DNA from: Rhodospirillaceae bacterium
GTDB lineage: Bacteria; Pseudomonadota; Alphaproteobacteria; SHVZ01
Length of the DNA: 64,000 nucleotides
Assembly: GCA_016792585.1 (NCBI GenBank)
Contig: JAEULB010000159.1
Span: 47,097-111,096 of the forward strand
Direction: 5' to 3'
The position numbers were made by a program, and so were the translations under genes. How positions within the stretch are numbered: the first letter of the stretch is position 1; the number at the start of each line of letters is the position of its first letter. Shown one piece after another: positions 17,576-27,280 of the stretch. The notes beneath the pieces are model-generated. The model did no database searches. It was not told the origin of the DNA and was given only the letters and a program-made list of their open reading frames with translations.

Positions 17576-18379
17576 ATGGCCGCCATGAGCTGGGGCGACG
17601 AGTTCGCCGGCAAGCGCGTCGTCGTCACCGGCGCCTGCGGCATCTACGGCCGCTGGATCGCCAAGGCCTTCGACGCGGTCGGGGCGAAGCTCTGCCTCTC
17701 CGACGTGAAGGACAAGGATCTCGCTGCCTTCGCCGCGGAACTGAAGCTCTCGGACAAGGACGGGCTCACCCACAAGACCGATCTGACCGACGCCGCTTCG
17801 ATCGACGACCTCGTCGCCAGCGTGGCCAAGGCCTGGGGTGCCGCCGACATCGTCGTCAACAATGCCGGCATCTATCCGAGCGGCTTCCTTCTCGATATCG
17901 ACGTGAAAGAGTGGGACCGGATCATCGGGGTCAACCTGCGCGCGCCCTTCCTGGTCTCGCGCGGCTTCGCCAAGCTGATGATCCGGCACAAGGTCAAGGG
18001 CAGCATCGTCGACATCTCCTCGGGCGCGTCGCGCAAGATGCGGCGCACGGTGGCGCCCTACTGCCTCTCCAAGACCGCGCTCGACCGCCTCAACAAGGGC
18101 TTCGCGATCGAGCTCGCCGAGTTCGGCATCCGCGTCAACATCGTCGAGCCCGGCTTCGCGCCGGGATCGACCGCGAGCCCCCTGACGCCCGCCCATGTCG
18201 AGGCGACCCTGGCGCAGATCCCGCTCGGCCGTGCGACGCTGCCCAACGAGGCGCCGGATGCGGTGCTGTTCCTCTGCTCGAGCAAGGCCGAGTACATCAC
18301 CGGCACGACGCTGACCGTCGACGGCGGCAACTCGATCGGCAGCCTCGCCGTCCATCAGGACAAGAAGCGTCCCGGGTGA
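17576..18379 (+). CDS. SDR-family oxidoreductase
   Basis: 267 aa with a Gly-rich NAD(P)-binding N-terminus (VVVTGACGIYGRWIAKAF). Confidence 0.8.
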   Translation: MAAMSWGDEFAGKRVVVTGACGIYGRWIAKAFDAVGAKLCLSDVKDKDLAAFAAELKLSDKDGLTHKTDLTDAASIDDLVASVAKAWGAADIVVNNAGIYPSGFLLDIDVKEWDRIIGVNLRAPFLVSRGFAKLMIRHKVKGSIVDISSGASRKMRRTVAPYCLSKTALDRLNKGFAIELAEFGIRVNIVEPGFAPGSTASPLTPAHVEATLAQIPLGRATLPNEAPDAVLFLCSSKAEYITGTTLTVDGGNSIGSLAVHQDKKRPG

Positions 18380-19905
18380 CATCGTCGACGTCGAAGCGCG
18401 CCGTCGCCTCCCCTCGCGGCGTCGTCGCCGCCCAGCACCCCGCCGCCGCCGAAGCCGGGATCCGCATGCTGGCATCCGGCGGCAACGCGATCGACGCCGC
18501 GGTTGCCGCGACCCTGGCGGTTGGCGTCGTCGAGCCCTGGCTCAGCGGCATCGGCGGCGGCGGCCTGATGCTGCTTCGGCTTGCGGCCGAGGGCGTCACC
18601 CGAGGCATCGACTTCTCGATGGTCTCGCCGCGCCGCCTCGATCCGGCACGCTATGCGCTGGCGACCGGCACCGATGCAGGGCTCTTCCAGTGGCCGCGCG
18701 TCGTGGGCGACCGCAACATTTCCGGTCCGGAGTCGATCTGCGTTCCGGGGACGATCGCCGGCCTCGGCCTCGCCACCGAGCGTTTCGCCAGGCTTTCGTG
18801 GCGCCAACTGATCCAGCCGGCGATCGAACTCGCCGAAGCCGGCCTGCCTGTCGACTGGTTCACCGCACTGACCATCGGCGTCGAGGCCGGGCTCGAGGCG
18901 TATCCGGCGACGCGGATGGTGTTCCTGCCGGGCGGCGCCGCGCCGAAGGCCGATACCGGTCTGAGGCTCGCCAACCCGGCGCTGACGGGGACACTCCGCC
19001 GTCTTGCCGATGCCGGCCCCGGCGACTTCTACGAAGGCGGGATCGCCCGCGGCATCGTCGCCGACCTCGCCGCGCATGGCAGCGTGATCGATCGCGACGA
19101 CCTCGCCGGCTACGAGGCGCGGATGGTCGAACCGGCGTCGCTCGACTATCGGGGAACCGCGATCGAGGCGATGCCCGGCTTGACCGGCGGCCCGACCTAC
19201 CTCGCGGCGATGCGCGGGCTTCTGCACGACATCGTGCCCGGCACCTCGCCGACACCCGAGGCGTTCGTCGCCTACGCTCGCGCCCTCACCGCAGCCTATG
19301 CCGACCGGTTCGCGACCCACGGCCATGCCGGCCTCACCCACGATTCCGGATGCACCTCGCATGTCAGCGTCATCGACGCGGACGGCAACATGGCGTCGGT
19401 CACCAACACGCTGCTCGCCCGCTTCGGCGCCAAGCTGGTGCTGCCGTCGACCGGCATCCTCATGAACAACGGCATGATGTGGTTCGACCCGCGCCCCGGC
19501 GCCGCAAACGCGATCGCGGCGGGCAAACGGCCGCTTGCGAACATGTGCCCGCTGCTGGCGACGCGCAACGGCACGCCGGTCTTCGTCATGGGGGCCGCCG
19601 GCGGGCGGCAGATCGTGCCGGCGCTGGTGCAGCTGACCTCGCTCCTGCTCGACTTCGGCATGTCGGTCGACGAGGCGCTGCGCGTCCCGCGCCTGGACGC
19701 CAGCACCTCGACCGTGATCTGCGACGACCGCATGCCCGCGGGCCAGGTCGCGGCGATCGCACAGTCGTTTCCGGTCTCGCGCATCGCCGACACCGTCTAT
19801 CCGGTGCAGTTCGGCGTGCCTAACGCAGTGGTTCGCGAGCGCGGCCTCAATATCGGCATGGCGCATCCGACCACGCCGTGGCCAGTCGCGCTGGCGGAGA
19901 GCTAG
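18376..19905 (+). CDS. ggt: Gamma-glutamyltransferase family protein, paralog 3
   Basis: A GTG start overlaps the SDR stop (GTGA). It is in frame with the track ORF 17911-19905. The N-terminus VVAAQHPAAAEAGIRMLASGGNAIDAAVA matches the other two paralogs. The catalytic Thr lies in CTSHVSVIDADGNMASVTNTL. Confidence 0.75.
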   Translation: MTSSTSKRAVASPRGVVAAQHPAAAEAGIRMLASGGNAIDAAVAATLAVGVVEPWLSGIGGGGLMLLRLAAEGVTRGIDFSMVSPRRLDPARYALATGTDAGLFQWPRVVGDRNISGPESICVPGTIAGLGLATERFARLSWRQLIQPAIELAEAGLPVDWFTALTIGVEAGLEAYPATRMVFLPGGAAPKADTGLRLANPALTGTLRRLADAGPGDFYEGGIARGIVADLAAHGSVIDRDDLAGYEARMVEPASLDYRGTAIEAMPGLTGGPTYLAAMRGLLHDIVPGTSPTPEAFVAYARALTAAYADRFATHGHAGLTHDSGCTSHVSVIDADGNMASVTNTLLARFGAKLVLPSTGILMNNGMMWFDPRPGAANAIAAGKRPLANMCPLLATRNGTPVFVMGAAGGRQIVPALVQLTSLLLDFGMSVDEALRVPRLDASTSTVICDDRMPAGQVAAIAQSFPVSRIADTVYPVQFGVPNAVVRERGLNIGMAHPTTPWPVALAES

Positions 19906-20282
19906 GCGAGTTCCTTCGCGAGCTCGTCCAACATGTGGAAGGCGGTGTTGGCCGCAGGCACGCCGCAGTAGATCGCCTGCTGCAGCACGATCTCCTTGAG
20001 GTCGTCGGGAGAGAACCCGCCCTCGACAAGCGCCGCGCGCGCATGCATGCGGAACTCGTCCCAGCGCGACAGCGCAAGCAGGGTGCCGATCACCAGGATC
20101 CGCCTGGTGCGGATGTCGAGGCCGGGTCGGGTCCAGATCTCGCCCCAGGCGTAGCGCGTGATCAGGTCCTGGAAGTCGCGCGTGAGGTCGTTGGTCTTCG
20201 CCACCGAGCGGTCGACATGGGCGTCGCCGAGCACCTTGCGGCGGACGCTCATGCCGGCGGCATGGCGCTCCTTCTCATCCAT
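19902..20282 (-). CDS. pcaC: 4-carboxymuconolactone decarboxylase
   Basis: 126 aa. The N-terminus MDEKERHAAGMSVRRKVLGDAHVDRS is a textbook PcaC N-terminus. Confidence 0.85.
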   Translation of the reverse strand: MDEKERHAAGMSVRRKVLGDAHVDRSVAKTNDLTRDFQDLITRYAWGEIWTRPGLDIRTRRILVIGTLLALSRWDEFRMHARAALVEGGFSPDDLKEIVLQQAIYCGVPAANTAFHMLDELAKELA

Positions 20283-21621
20283 TCCCGACCTCCTTCGACA
20301 GCACCTGCTCGACGAACTCGGCCGCCACGCCGAGATAGGTCTCGGGCATCATCAGCACCTCGATCTCGTCGGGGCTGAGATATCGGGAGACCTGTGGATC
20401 CTCGGCAAGAACCGTCTTCAATGGCAGGCCCTCGGCGATCGACCTGCGGCAGGCCGCCTCGATCAGCTCATGCGCCTTGGCTTTGCCGAGCCGGCTGCCC
20501 AGCGTCGCCGAGACCGCCTCCGCCAGCACCAGCCCACCGGTCACCTCGATGTTGGCGCGCATCCGCTTCGCATCGACGACGAGGCCGCCGAGCGCGTCGG
20601 CGATCGAGCGTGCTGCGCCGCCGGTGATCCGCACCAATTCCGGCAGCGTCTCCCATTCGGCCTGCCAGCCGCCGAGCCCGCGCTCGTGCTCCTGGCCCAT
20701 CGAACCCAGCATCGTCGCGACCAGGCCCGGCGCGCGCGATGCCGCCGCCAGCGCCACGGAGGCGGAAACCGGGTTGCGCTTGTGCGGCATCGTCGAAGAT
20801 CCGCCACGGCCCGCCGCCGGCGCCTCATAGGCCTCGCCGATCTCGGTCTGGCCCATCAGCGCGAGGTCGCGCGCAATCTTGGACAAGGTTCCGGCGACGA
20901 GGCCGAGCGTCGTCGCCAGCGCGACGAGGCGCTCGCGCTGCGCATGCCAGGGCAGATCCGGGACCGGCAGGCCCAGGCGGAAACCGAGCACGCGGCCGAC
21001 CTCCGGACCGTCGCCGCCGAGCGAGGCCAGCGTGCCGGCAGCGCCGCCGAACTGAAGCACGCAAGCCGCCTCCAGATCGGCATCAAGCCGGGCGCGCACG
21101 CGGCGAAGCGCGTCGAGCCAGCCCGCCGCCTTGAGTCCGAAGGTGACCGGCACCGCCTGCTGCATCCAGGTGCGTCCGATCATCGGCGTCTCGGCATGCA
21201 CGCGCGCGTGGCCGGCAGCCGCGGTCGCGGCGCGGGCCAGATGCGCCGAGATCGACGGGATCGCCTTCCTGAGCTGGAGCACCAGTCCGGTGTCGATGAT
21301 GTCCTGGCTGGTGGCGCCGATATGGACGAACCTGGCGGCATCCGCGTCCGACGCCGCGACCAGCGCCGTCATCGCCTTGACCAGCGGGATCGCCAGGTTG
21401 CCGGCCCTGGCCGCGTCCTCGGCGAGCGCCGCGCGATCGTAGAGCTGCGCCTTGCCGGCATTCCTGATCGACGCCAACGCCTCGCTCGGCACCAGGCCGA
21501 TATCGGAGGCCGCCTCGGCGAGCGCCACCTCGACATCGAGCATCGCCTGCAGGCGTGCCTCGTCGGAGAGCGCGCTATTGACCTCGGCGTCGCCGAAGAG
21601 ATGGGACGTCAGCTCGCTCAC
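20275..21621 (-). CDS. pcaB: 3-carboxy-cis,cis-muconate cycloisomerase
   Basis: Fumarase/aspartase-family signature GSSTMPHKRNP. 448 aa. Its end overlaps pcaC by 8 nt. Confidence 0.85.
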   Translation of the reverse strand: MSELTSHLFGDAEVNSALSDEARLQAMLDVEVALAEAASDIGLVPSEALASIRNAGKAQLYDRAALAEDAARAGNLAIPLVKAMTALVAASDADAARFVHIGATSQDIIDTGLVLQLRKAIPSISAHLARAATAAAGHARVHAETPMIGRTWMQQAVPVTFGLKAAGWLDALRRVRARLDADLEAACVLQFGGAAGTLASLGGDGPEVGRVLGFRLGLPVPDLPWHAQRERLVALATTLGLVAGTLSKIARDLALMGQTEIGEAYEAPAAGRGGSSTMPHKRNPVSASVALAAASRAPGLVATMLGSMGQEHERGLGGWQAEWETLPELVRITGGAARSIADALGGLVVDAKRMRANIEVTGGLVLAEAVSATLGSRLGKAKAHELIEAACRRSIAEGLPLKTVLAEDPQVSRYLSPDEIEVLMMPETYLGVAAEFVEQVLSKEVGNG

Positions 21622-22172
21622 GGAGCGAAGAAGACGGTCTCGTCCTTCCCCTGCAGCACGATGTCGAACCGGTAGCGGCCGTCGGCGACGCGTTTGGCGA
21701 TCAGCGTCGGGGCGCGATCGGCCGGCACCAGCTCGAGGATCGGGTCCTGGTCGTTGGCGGCTTCGCCGTCGAAATAGAGCCGGGTCACCAGCCGCGTCAG
21801 CAGGCCGCGGGCGAAGACGCCGACCACCAGGTGCGGTGCCTGCTGGCGGTTGCCGGGGCCGGGCACCGGACCGGGCATCACCGTGGTCAGGCTGAAGCGG
21901 CCTTCGGGATCGGTCGGAGCGCGGCGGAATCCGTCGAATGCCGTCGCGGTTCCGGCGCGGCCGTCCTCGGGATGATGGTAGCGGCCGGACGAGTCTGCCT
22001 GCCAGGTCTCGATCAGCGCATCCGGCACCGGCGCGCCGGCGCCGTCGCGGACCGTTCCCTCGATCGTGACGCGCGCGCCGTCGGGCGAACCGACGATCTC
22101 GCTGCAGCCGTCGAAGACGAGGCCGAAGCGGAAGAACGGCCCGACGGTCTGGAAGGGAGTGGCGCCGGTCAT
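21618..22172 (-). CDS. pcaG: Protocatechuate 3,4-dioxygenase alpha subunit
   Basis: It starts at the internal Met (MTGATPFQTVGPFF), whose ATG overlaps the pcaH stop (ATGA). Confidence 0.8.
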   Translation of the reverse strand: MTGATPFQTVGPFFRFGLVFDGCSEIVGSPDGARVTIEGTVRDGAGAPVPDALIETWQADSSGRYHHPEDGRAGTATAFDGFRRAPTDPEGRFSLTTVMPGPVPGPGNRQQAPHLVVGVFARGLLTRLVTRLYFDGEAANDQDPILELVPADRAPTLIAKRVADGRYRFDIVLQGKDETVFFAP

Positions 22173-22879
22173 CCTTGCGCTTCCATCGGCGTCGCGTTGC
22201 GACCGCGCACGATCATGTCGAAGCGGTAGCCCAGCGCCCATTCCGGCTTGGTCAGGTTGAAGTCGAACGTCGAGACCATCCGGTCGCGCGCCTTCGGATC
22301 GCTGGTCGAGTTGAAGATCGGGTCGTGCGCCAGCAGCGGGTCACCCGGGAAGTACATCTGGGTGATCAGCCGCGTGAGGAAACTGGGCCCGAAGATCGAG
22401 AAGTGCAGATGCGCCGGCCGCCAGGCGTTGTGATGGTTCCGCCAGGGATAGGCGCCGGGCTTGATCGTGACGAAGCGATAGCGTCCCTCGGCATCGGTGA
22501 TCGCACGGCCCGCGCCGGTGAAGTTGGGGTCCAAAGGCGCGTCGTGCTGGTCGCCATCATGGCGGTAGCGCCCGGCGGCATTCGCCTGCCAGAGCTCGAC
22601 CAGCGTGTTCGGGATCGGGCGCTCGTCCTCGTCCAGCACCAGGCCCTCGACGATGATCCGCTCGCCCTGGGCCGGCGCCTTGCCCTGCATCGTCAGGTCG
22701 ACCTCGAGCGGGCCGAAGCGCTCGAATCCGGCGACCGGTCCGGTGATCTCGGACAACGTCTGCGGGATCGTGATCGCCGCCTGCTTGGGATGCCGGAGCT
22801 TGGTCGAGCCGTAGCCTTCGTAGGCATTCGACGGATGGGTTCCGTCTGGGATCGGCCGATAGGGTCTGAGGCTGGTCAT
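22169..22879 (-). CDS. pcaH: Protocatechuate 3,4-dioxygenase beta subunit
   Basis: The segments ELWQANAAGRYRH, WRPAHLHF and SIFGPSF match the intradiol dioxygenase beta chain. The start is taken at MTSLRPYRPIPDG. Confidence 0.8.
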   Translation of the reverse strand: MTSLRPYRPIPDGTHPSNAYEGYGSTKLRHPKQAAITIPQTLSEITGPVAGFERFGPLEVDLTMQGKAPAQGERIIVEGLVLDEDERPIPNTLVELWQANAAGRYRHDGDQHDAPLDPNFTGAGRAITDAEGRYRFVTIKPGAYPWRNHHNAWRPAHLHFSIFGPSFLTRLITQMYFPGDPLLAHDPIFNSTSDPKARDRMVSTFDFNLTKPEWALGYRFDMIVRGRNATPMEAQG

Positions 22880-22934
22880 CCGATGAGTCCCGGTGAATCC
22901 TGCCCGCATGTTAGCAGCCGTCCGCGAATTGCGC

Positions 22935-22948
22935 CCGGCAATTGCCGG
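22935..22948. promoter_or_regulatory. Perfect 14-bp palindrome CCGGCAATTGCCGG in the pcaH/Ldh2 divergent promoter region
   Basis: The sequence is its own reverse complement. A related half-site, GAATTGCGCC, lies immediately upstream. Confidence 0.4.
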
Positions 22949-23010
22949 CCTCCAAGGCCCGTGGCAGGGTGGCGGCCCGCCGATTTCCTGACCATTCCAG
23001 CGAGACTTCC

Positions 23011-24108
23011 ATGGCCGAGACGACGCGCTATCACCGGATCGCGCCCGCCAACCTCAAGAAGGCGATCATGCTCGTCTTCGCACAGGTCGGCAGCAGCACG
23101 CGCGAGCAGGAGCTGACCGCAGACCACCTGGTCGCGGCCAACCTCGCCGGCCACGACTCCCACGGCGTCGGGATGATCCCGGCCTACCTGCAGGCCTGGC
23201 GCGAGAAGAAGCTGACGATCAATGGCCGGCACACGGTCGCGGTCGACTCGGGACCGATCCTGACCGTCGATGGCGGCTTGGGCCTCGGCCAGGTGATCGC
23301 CTACGACGCGATGAACCTCGGCATGGAGCGGGCGAGGCAGATGGGCGTCTGCATCCTCGGCATCCGGAACGCTCATCACACCGGCCGCATCGGCCACTGG
23401 GCCGAGCAATGTGCCGCCGGGGGCTTCGTCTCGATGCACTATGTCGCGGGCTTCGCCGGCGTGACCTCGGTCGCCCCCTTCGGCGGCAGCCAGACCCGCT
23501 TCCAGACCAATCCCTATTCAGCGGGATTCCCGCTGCCGGGCCGGCCGCCGATCATCCTCGACTTCGCCACCTCGAAGATCGCGATGGGCAAGGTGCGCGT
23601 CGCCTTCAACAAGGGCGAGCAGGTGCCGGAGAACTGCCTGATCGACGCCGAGGGCAAGCCCACCCGCGATCCGGGCGTGATGTACGCGCCGTCCGACAAG
23701 CGCGGCGCCCTCTTCACCTTCGGCGAGCACAAGGGCTCGGGGCTGGCGATGATCTGCGAGCTGTTCGCCGGCGCGCTCACCGGCGGCGGCACGACATACC
23801 CGGGCAACTACGAGAACCGCCCGATCATGAACAGCATGCTGTCGATCATCGTCGAGCCGTCCAGGCTCGGCGGCGGCGACAATGTCGGGCCCGAGGCGAA
23901 CCGCTTCGTCGACTGGGTCAAGTCATCGAAGCCGTTGCCGGGCGTCCAGGAAGTGCTGGTCGCGGGCGAGCCCGAGCGCAAGCGCCGCGCCGAGCGCGAG
24001 CGCGACGGCATTCCCGTCGACATCACCACCTGGAGCGAGGTGGCGAAGGCTGCCGAAGCCGCCGGCCTCAAGCGTTCCGACCTCGACAAGGCAGCGAGCC
24101 TCGCCTGA
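23011..24108 (+). CDS. Ldh2 family (malate/L-lactate dehydrogenase type 2) oxidoreductase
   Basis: It carries the NAHHTGRIG motif typical of the Ldh_2 family. The start is taken at MAETTRYHRIAPANL. A TTG alternative exists at 22942. Confidence 0.7.
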   Translation: MAETTRYHRIAPANLKKAIMLVFAQVGSSTREQELTADHLVAANLAGHDSHGVGMIPAYLQAWREKKLTINGRHTVAVDSGPILTVDGGLGLGQVIAYDAMNLGMERARQMGVCILGIRNAHHTGRIGHWAEQCAAGGFVSMHYVAGFAGVTSVAPFGGSQTRFQTNPYSAGFPLPGRPPIILDFATSKIAMGKVRVAFNKGEQVPENCLIDAEGKPTRDPGVMYAPSDKRGALFTFGEHKGSGLAMICELFAGALTGGGTTYPGNYENRPIMNSMLSIIVEPSRLGGGDNVGPEANRFVDWVKSSKPLPGVQEVLVAGEPERKRRAERERDGIPVDITTWSEVAKAAEAAGLKRSDLDKAASLA

Positions 24109-25598
24109 TGGCGAAGATGCTTTCGTGGTCCGAGTGGTCGTCGCTCGACGCGATCGCATTGGCCAAGCGGATACGCTCCGGCGAGATCAGCGCGAAGGAA
24201 GCTGCTCAGCAGGTCGCCGCCGGCATCGCCCAGCTCAATCCGAAGCTGAGGGCCGTGCTGGAGGTGTTCGAGGAGGTCGTCGCCAATCCCGACACGGACG
24301 GCCCGGACCGCGCTGGCCCCTTCTACGGCGTGCCGCTGCTGCTCAAGGACGTACTGTCGGGCCTCAAGGGCCGGAAGCTCGAGAACGGCTCGCGACAGTT
24401 CCGGGGCAACGTGGCACAGGCGACCGACCCGCTGATCGAGAACTATCTCGGCATGGGCCTGGTGCCGATCGGGCGGTCGACGACGCCGGAGTTCGGCTGG
24501 ACCTTCGACACCACCACCGACTACCTCGACGAGCTGATCGTCACCCGCAGTCCCTGGAACCTCGAGCGCACGCCTGGCGGATCCTCCGGCGGATCGGCGG
24601 CGATGGTCTCGGCCGGCGTGCTGCCGATCAGCATGGCCTCCGACGGCGGCGGCTCGATCCGCATCCCGGCCTCGTTCTCAGGTCTCGTCGGACACAAGCC
24701 GTCGCGAGGCCTGGTGCCGCGGAACCTCTCGTCCAGCGAGTACATGACCCGCCATGTCTACGAAGGCGTGGTGACACGGACCGTGCGCGACACGGCGCTT
24801 GCCCTCGACGGGCTCGCGCGCGGGCCGGAAGGCGGTTTCTTCATCCGGGCGACACCGGCCGTCCCCTCCTTCCTCGCCGCGATCGGCGACCTGCCGACGC
24901 GATGGCGGATCGGATTCTCCTGCGGGTCCTGGGGAGCCAGGTCGCCGGTCGACGCGGCCGTCGTCCAGCGGCTCGGCGAGGTCGCGAAGCTCCTCGAGAG
25001 CCTCGGCCATACGGTCGAGGAGGTGAAGGACGCCGACCTCTGCGATTTCGAAAGGCTCCGGCGCGGCTACACGACCCACAATCGCGCCGTCCGGCGCGGC
25101 CAGATCGAGGCGGCCAGGCAGCGCGGCCAGAGCCTCGAGGATCTGGCCAAGCTGATGTCGCCGACCTACTACCAGCACATGCTCACCTCGCAGGAAACGA
25201 CGCTGTTCGACCTGCAGCGCGCATTCGCCGACAACAACGCCTCGATCCGCAGCTTCGGTCACGCCATGGCGACGTTCGACGCGCTGCTGACGCCGACCCT
25301 GTCAATCCGCGTGCCGAAGGCCAACGGCCCCTACTCGCCCTACAGCGACGAGCCCTTCGCGCCCTGGTTCGAGCGTCTCTACGATGCCTGCCGCTACACC
25401 ATCCCAGGGAACGAGACCGGCATGCCCTCAGTCTCGGTTCCGGCCGGCCTCGATGCCGACGGCATGCCGATCGGCGCGCTGCTCCACGGCAAGTTCGGAC
25501 GCGACGACATGGTGCTCAGACTCGCCGCCCAGATCGAGGCGGCGAAACCCGAGTGGTTCTCGCCGAGACCTCGCCACCACATCGCGGCCAATCCGTAG
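24108..25598 (+). CDS. Amidase (amidase-signature family), paralog 1
   Basis: The [14 protein letters not shown] signature is present. The ATG overlaps the stop of the Ldh2 gene (TGATG). Confidence 0.85.
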   Translation: MAKMLSWSEWSSLDAIALAKRIRSGEISAKEAAQQVAAGIAQLNPKLRAVLEVFEEVVANPDTDGPDRAGPFYGVPLLLKDVLSGLKGRKLENGSRQFRGNVAQATDPLIENYLGMGLVPIGRSTTPEFGWTFDTTTDYLDELIVTRSPWNLERTPGGSSGGSAAMVSAGVLPISMASDGGGSIRIPASFSGLVGHKPSRGLVPRNLSSSEYMTRHVYEGVVTRTVRDTALALDGLARGPEGGFFIRATPAVPSFLAAIGDLPTRWRIGFSCGSWGARSPVDAAVVQRLGEVAKLLESLGHTVEEVKDADLCDFERLRRGYTTHNRAVRRGQIEAARQRGQSLEDLAKLMSPTYYQHMLTSQETTLFDLQRAFADNNASIRSFGHAMATFDALLTPTLSIRVPKANGPYSPYSDEPFAPWFERLYDACRYTIPGNETGMPSVSVPAGLDADGMPIGALLHGKFGRDDMVLRLAAQIEAAKPEWFSPRPRHHIAANP

Positions 25599-25679
25599 GA
25601 TTTCGGTCAAGCCCGGCTTCGCTTGACGCAATCGGCGGCGCCTCGCCACGCTCGGTCTGGGAAATTCCTGGAGGGAACG

Positions 25680-27182
25680 ATGGCGAAGCAGGCTCTGTCG
25701 TGGTCGGAATGGGCGTCGCTGGACGCGCTGGCGCTGGCCGATCTCGTCGCCAGGAAGAAGGTCTCGGCGAAGGAGGTCGCGGCCCAGGCCAAGGCCGGCA
25801 TCGACGCGGCAAACCCGACGCTCGAAGCGGTGCTGGAAGTCTTCGAGGACGTCGTCGCCAATCCCGACAAGGACAGGCCGAACAAGGACGGCGCCTTCTA
25901 CGGCGTGCCGCTGCTGCTGAAGGACATCGGCTCCGGTCTCAAGGGCCGCAAGCAGGAGTCGGGATCGAAGCTGCTCCGCGACTTCGTCGTGGCCGAGACC
26001 GATCCGCTGGTCGCCAACTTCCTCGGCGGCGGCCTGGTGCCGATCGGCCGCTCGACCACGCCAGAGTTCGGCATGACCTTCGACACCACCACCAGCTACC
26101 TCGACAAGGTCATCACCACCCGCAATCCGTGGAACCTGAAGCACACGCCGGGCGGATCGTCGGGCGGGTCGGCGGCGATGGTCTCGGCCGGCGTGCTGCC
26201 GATCAGCATGGCCTCCGACGGCGGCGGCTCGACCCGCATTCCCGCCTCGTATTGCGGCCTGGTCGGTCACAAGTCGTCGCGCGGCCTGGTGCCGCGCCAG
26301 ATCGGCGGCAGCGACTACCAGTCGCGCCATGTCAACGAAGGCGTGGTCACCCGGTCGGTCCGCGACACCGCGGCCGCGTTGGACGCGATCGGGCACGGAC
26401 CGCAGGGCGGCTTCTTCGTCCGCGTGACGCCGGCGGTGCCGTCGTTCCTGGACGCCCTGAAGGACGTGCCGAAGGGATGGAAGATCGGACTCTCGACCGG
26501 TCCCTGGGGCCGGTCGACGCCGGTCGACGACCAGGTCGCCGCCCGTATCCGCGAGGTCGGCAAGCTGCTCGAGAGCCTCGGCCACACGGTCGAGGAAGTG
26601 AAAGACGAGCAGGTCTGCGACTGGACCGCGATGTGGCGCGGCTACATCGCTCACTGGATCTCCAGCCGCATGGCGCATCAGGGCCTGGCACGCAGCCGCA
26701 ACGTCGACGCCTCGCGGATCAAGGACTTCATGGTGCCGATGGTCTGGCGGCACTTCGAGGCGGCGCAGACCTACAAGCTGGTCGACCTGATGAACGCGAT
26801 GAACGACAACAACGTCGTTACCCGCGCCTTCGGCAAGCTGATGGACAGGTACGACATGCTGCTGACGCCAACCCTGGCGATCCGCGTGCCGCTGGCGAAC
26901 GGCCCCTACTCCCTGCTCCGCGACGAGCCGCTGACCGGCTGGATGGACCGCCTCGCGGATGCCTGCCGCTTCACCATGCCCGGCAACGAGACCGGCGTGC
27001 CGGCGATCTCGGTTCCGGCCGGCCTCGACTCCGACGGCCTGCCGATCGGCGCCCAGCTTCACGGCAAGTTCGGCCGCGACGACATGGTGCTGAGGCTGGC
27101 GGCCCAGGTCGAGGCGGCGAAGCCGGAGTGGTTTGCCGCGCGGCCGAAGAACCACATCGCGGCAGGTACGTGGAGCGTCTGA
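25680..27182 (+). CDS. Amidase (amidase-signature family), paralog 2
   Basis: It starts at [11 protein letters not shown], after a strong GGAGGG Shine-Dalgarno. It is collinear with, and closely similar to, paralog 1 over its whole length. Confidence 0.85.
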   Translation: MAKQALSWSEWASLDALALADLVARKKVSAKEVAAQAKAGIDAANPTLEAVLEVFEDVVANPDKDRPNKDGAFYGVPLLLKDIGSGLKGRKQESGSKLLRDFVVAETDPLVANFLGGGLVPIGRSTTPEFGMTFDTTTSYLDKVITTRNPWNLKHTPGGSSGGSAAMVSAGVLPISMASDGGGSTRIPASYCGLVGHKSSRGLVPRQIGGSDYQSRHVNEGVVTRSVRDTAAALDAIGHGPQGGFFVRVTPAVPSFLDALKDVPKGWKIGLSTGPWGRSTPVDDQVAARIREVGKLLESLGHTVEEVKDEQVCDWTAMWRGYIAHWISSRMAHQGLARSRNVDASRIKDFMVPMVWRHFEAAQTYKLVDLMNAMNDNNVVTRAFGKLMDRYDMLLTPTLAIRVPLANGPYSLLRDEPLTGWMDRLADACRFTMPGNETGVPAISVPAGLDSDGLPIGAQLHGKFGRDDMVLRLAAQVEAAKPEWFAARPKNHIAAGTWSV

Positions 27183-27192
27183 GGCTGTCTTG

Positions 27193-27229
27193 AACGTTCC
27201 GTTGCGATTTGGCGTCGCAACGGAACGTT
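27193..27229. promoter_or_regulatory. Perfect 15-bp inverted repeat AACGTTCCGTTGCGA-N7-TCGCAACGGAACGTT
   Basis: It lies between the amidase-2 stop and the histidine kinase start. No U-tract follows on either strand, so it may be a GC-type terminator or an operator. Confidence 0.45.
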
Positions 27230-27280
27230 AACCCCGATGGTGGTAGCGAGAGCTTCGACTAGCTGCCACATTCGAGACAA

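Noticed and set aside
22942-23010. TTG start at 22942 for the Ldh2-family gene, and the 1919 ATG for GGT2.
   Set aside because: The TTG lies inside the 14-bp promoter palindrome. The 1919 ATG would make GGT2 translate through the REP-like hairpin, and its Shine-Dalgarno spacing is 1 nt. Paralog alignment supports the downstream Met in both cases. The upstream starts are kept only as alternatives.
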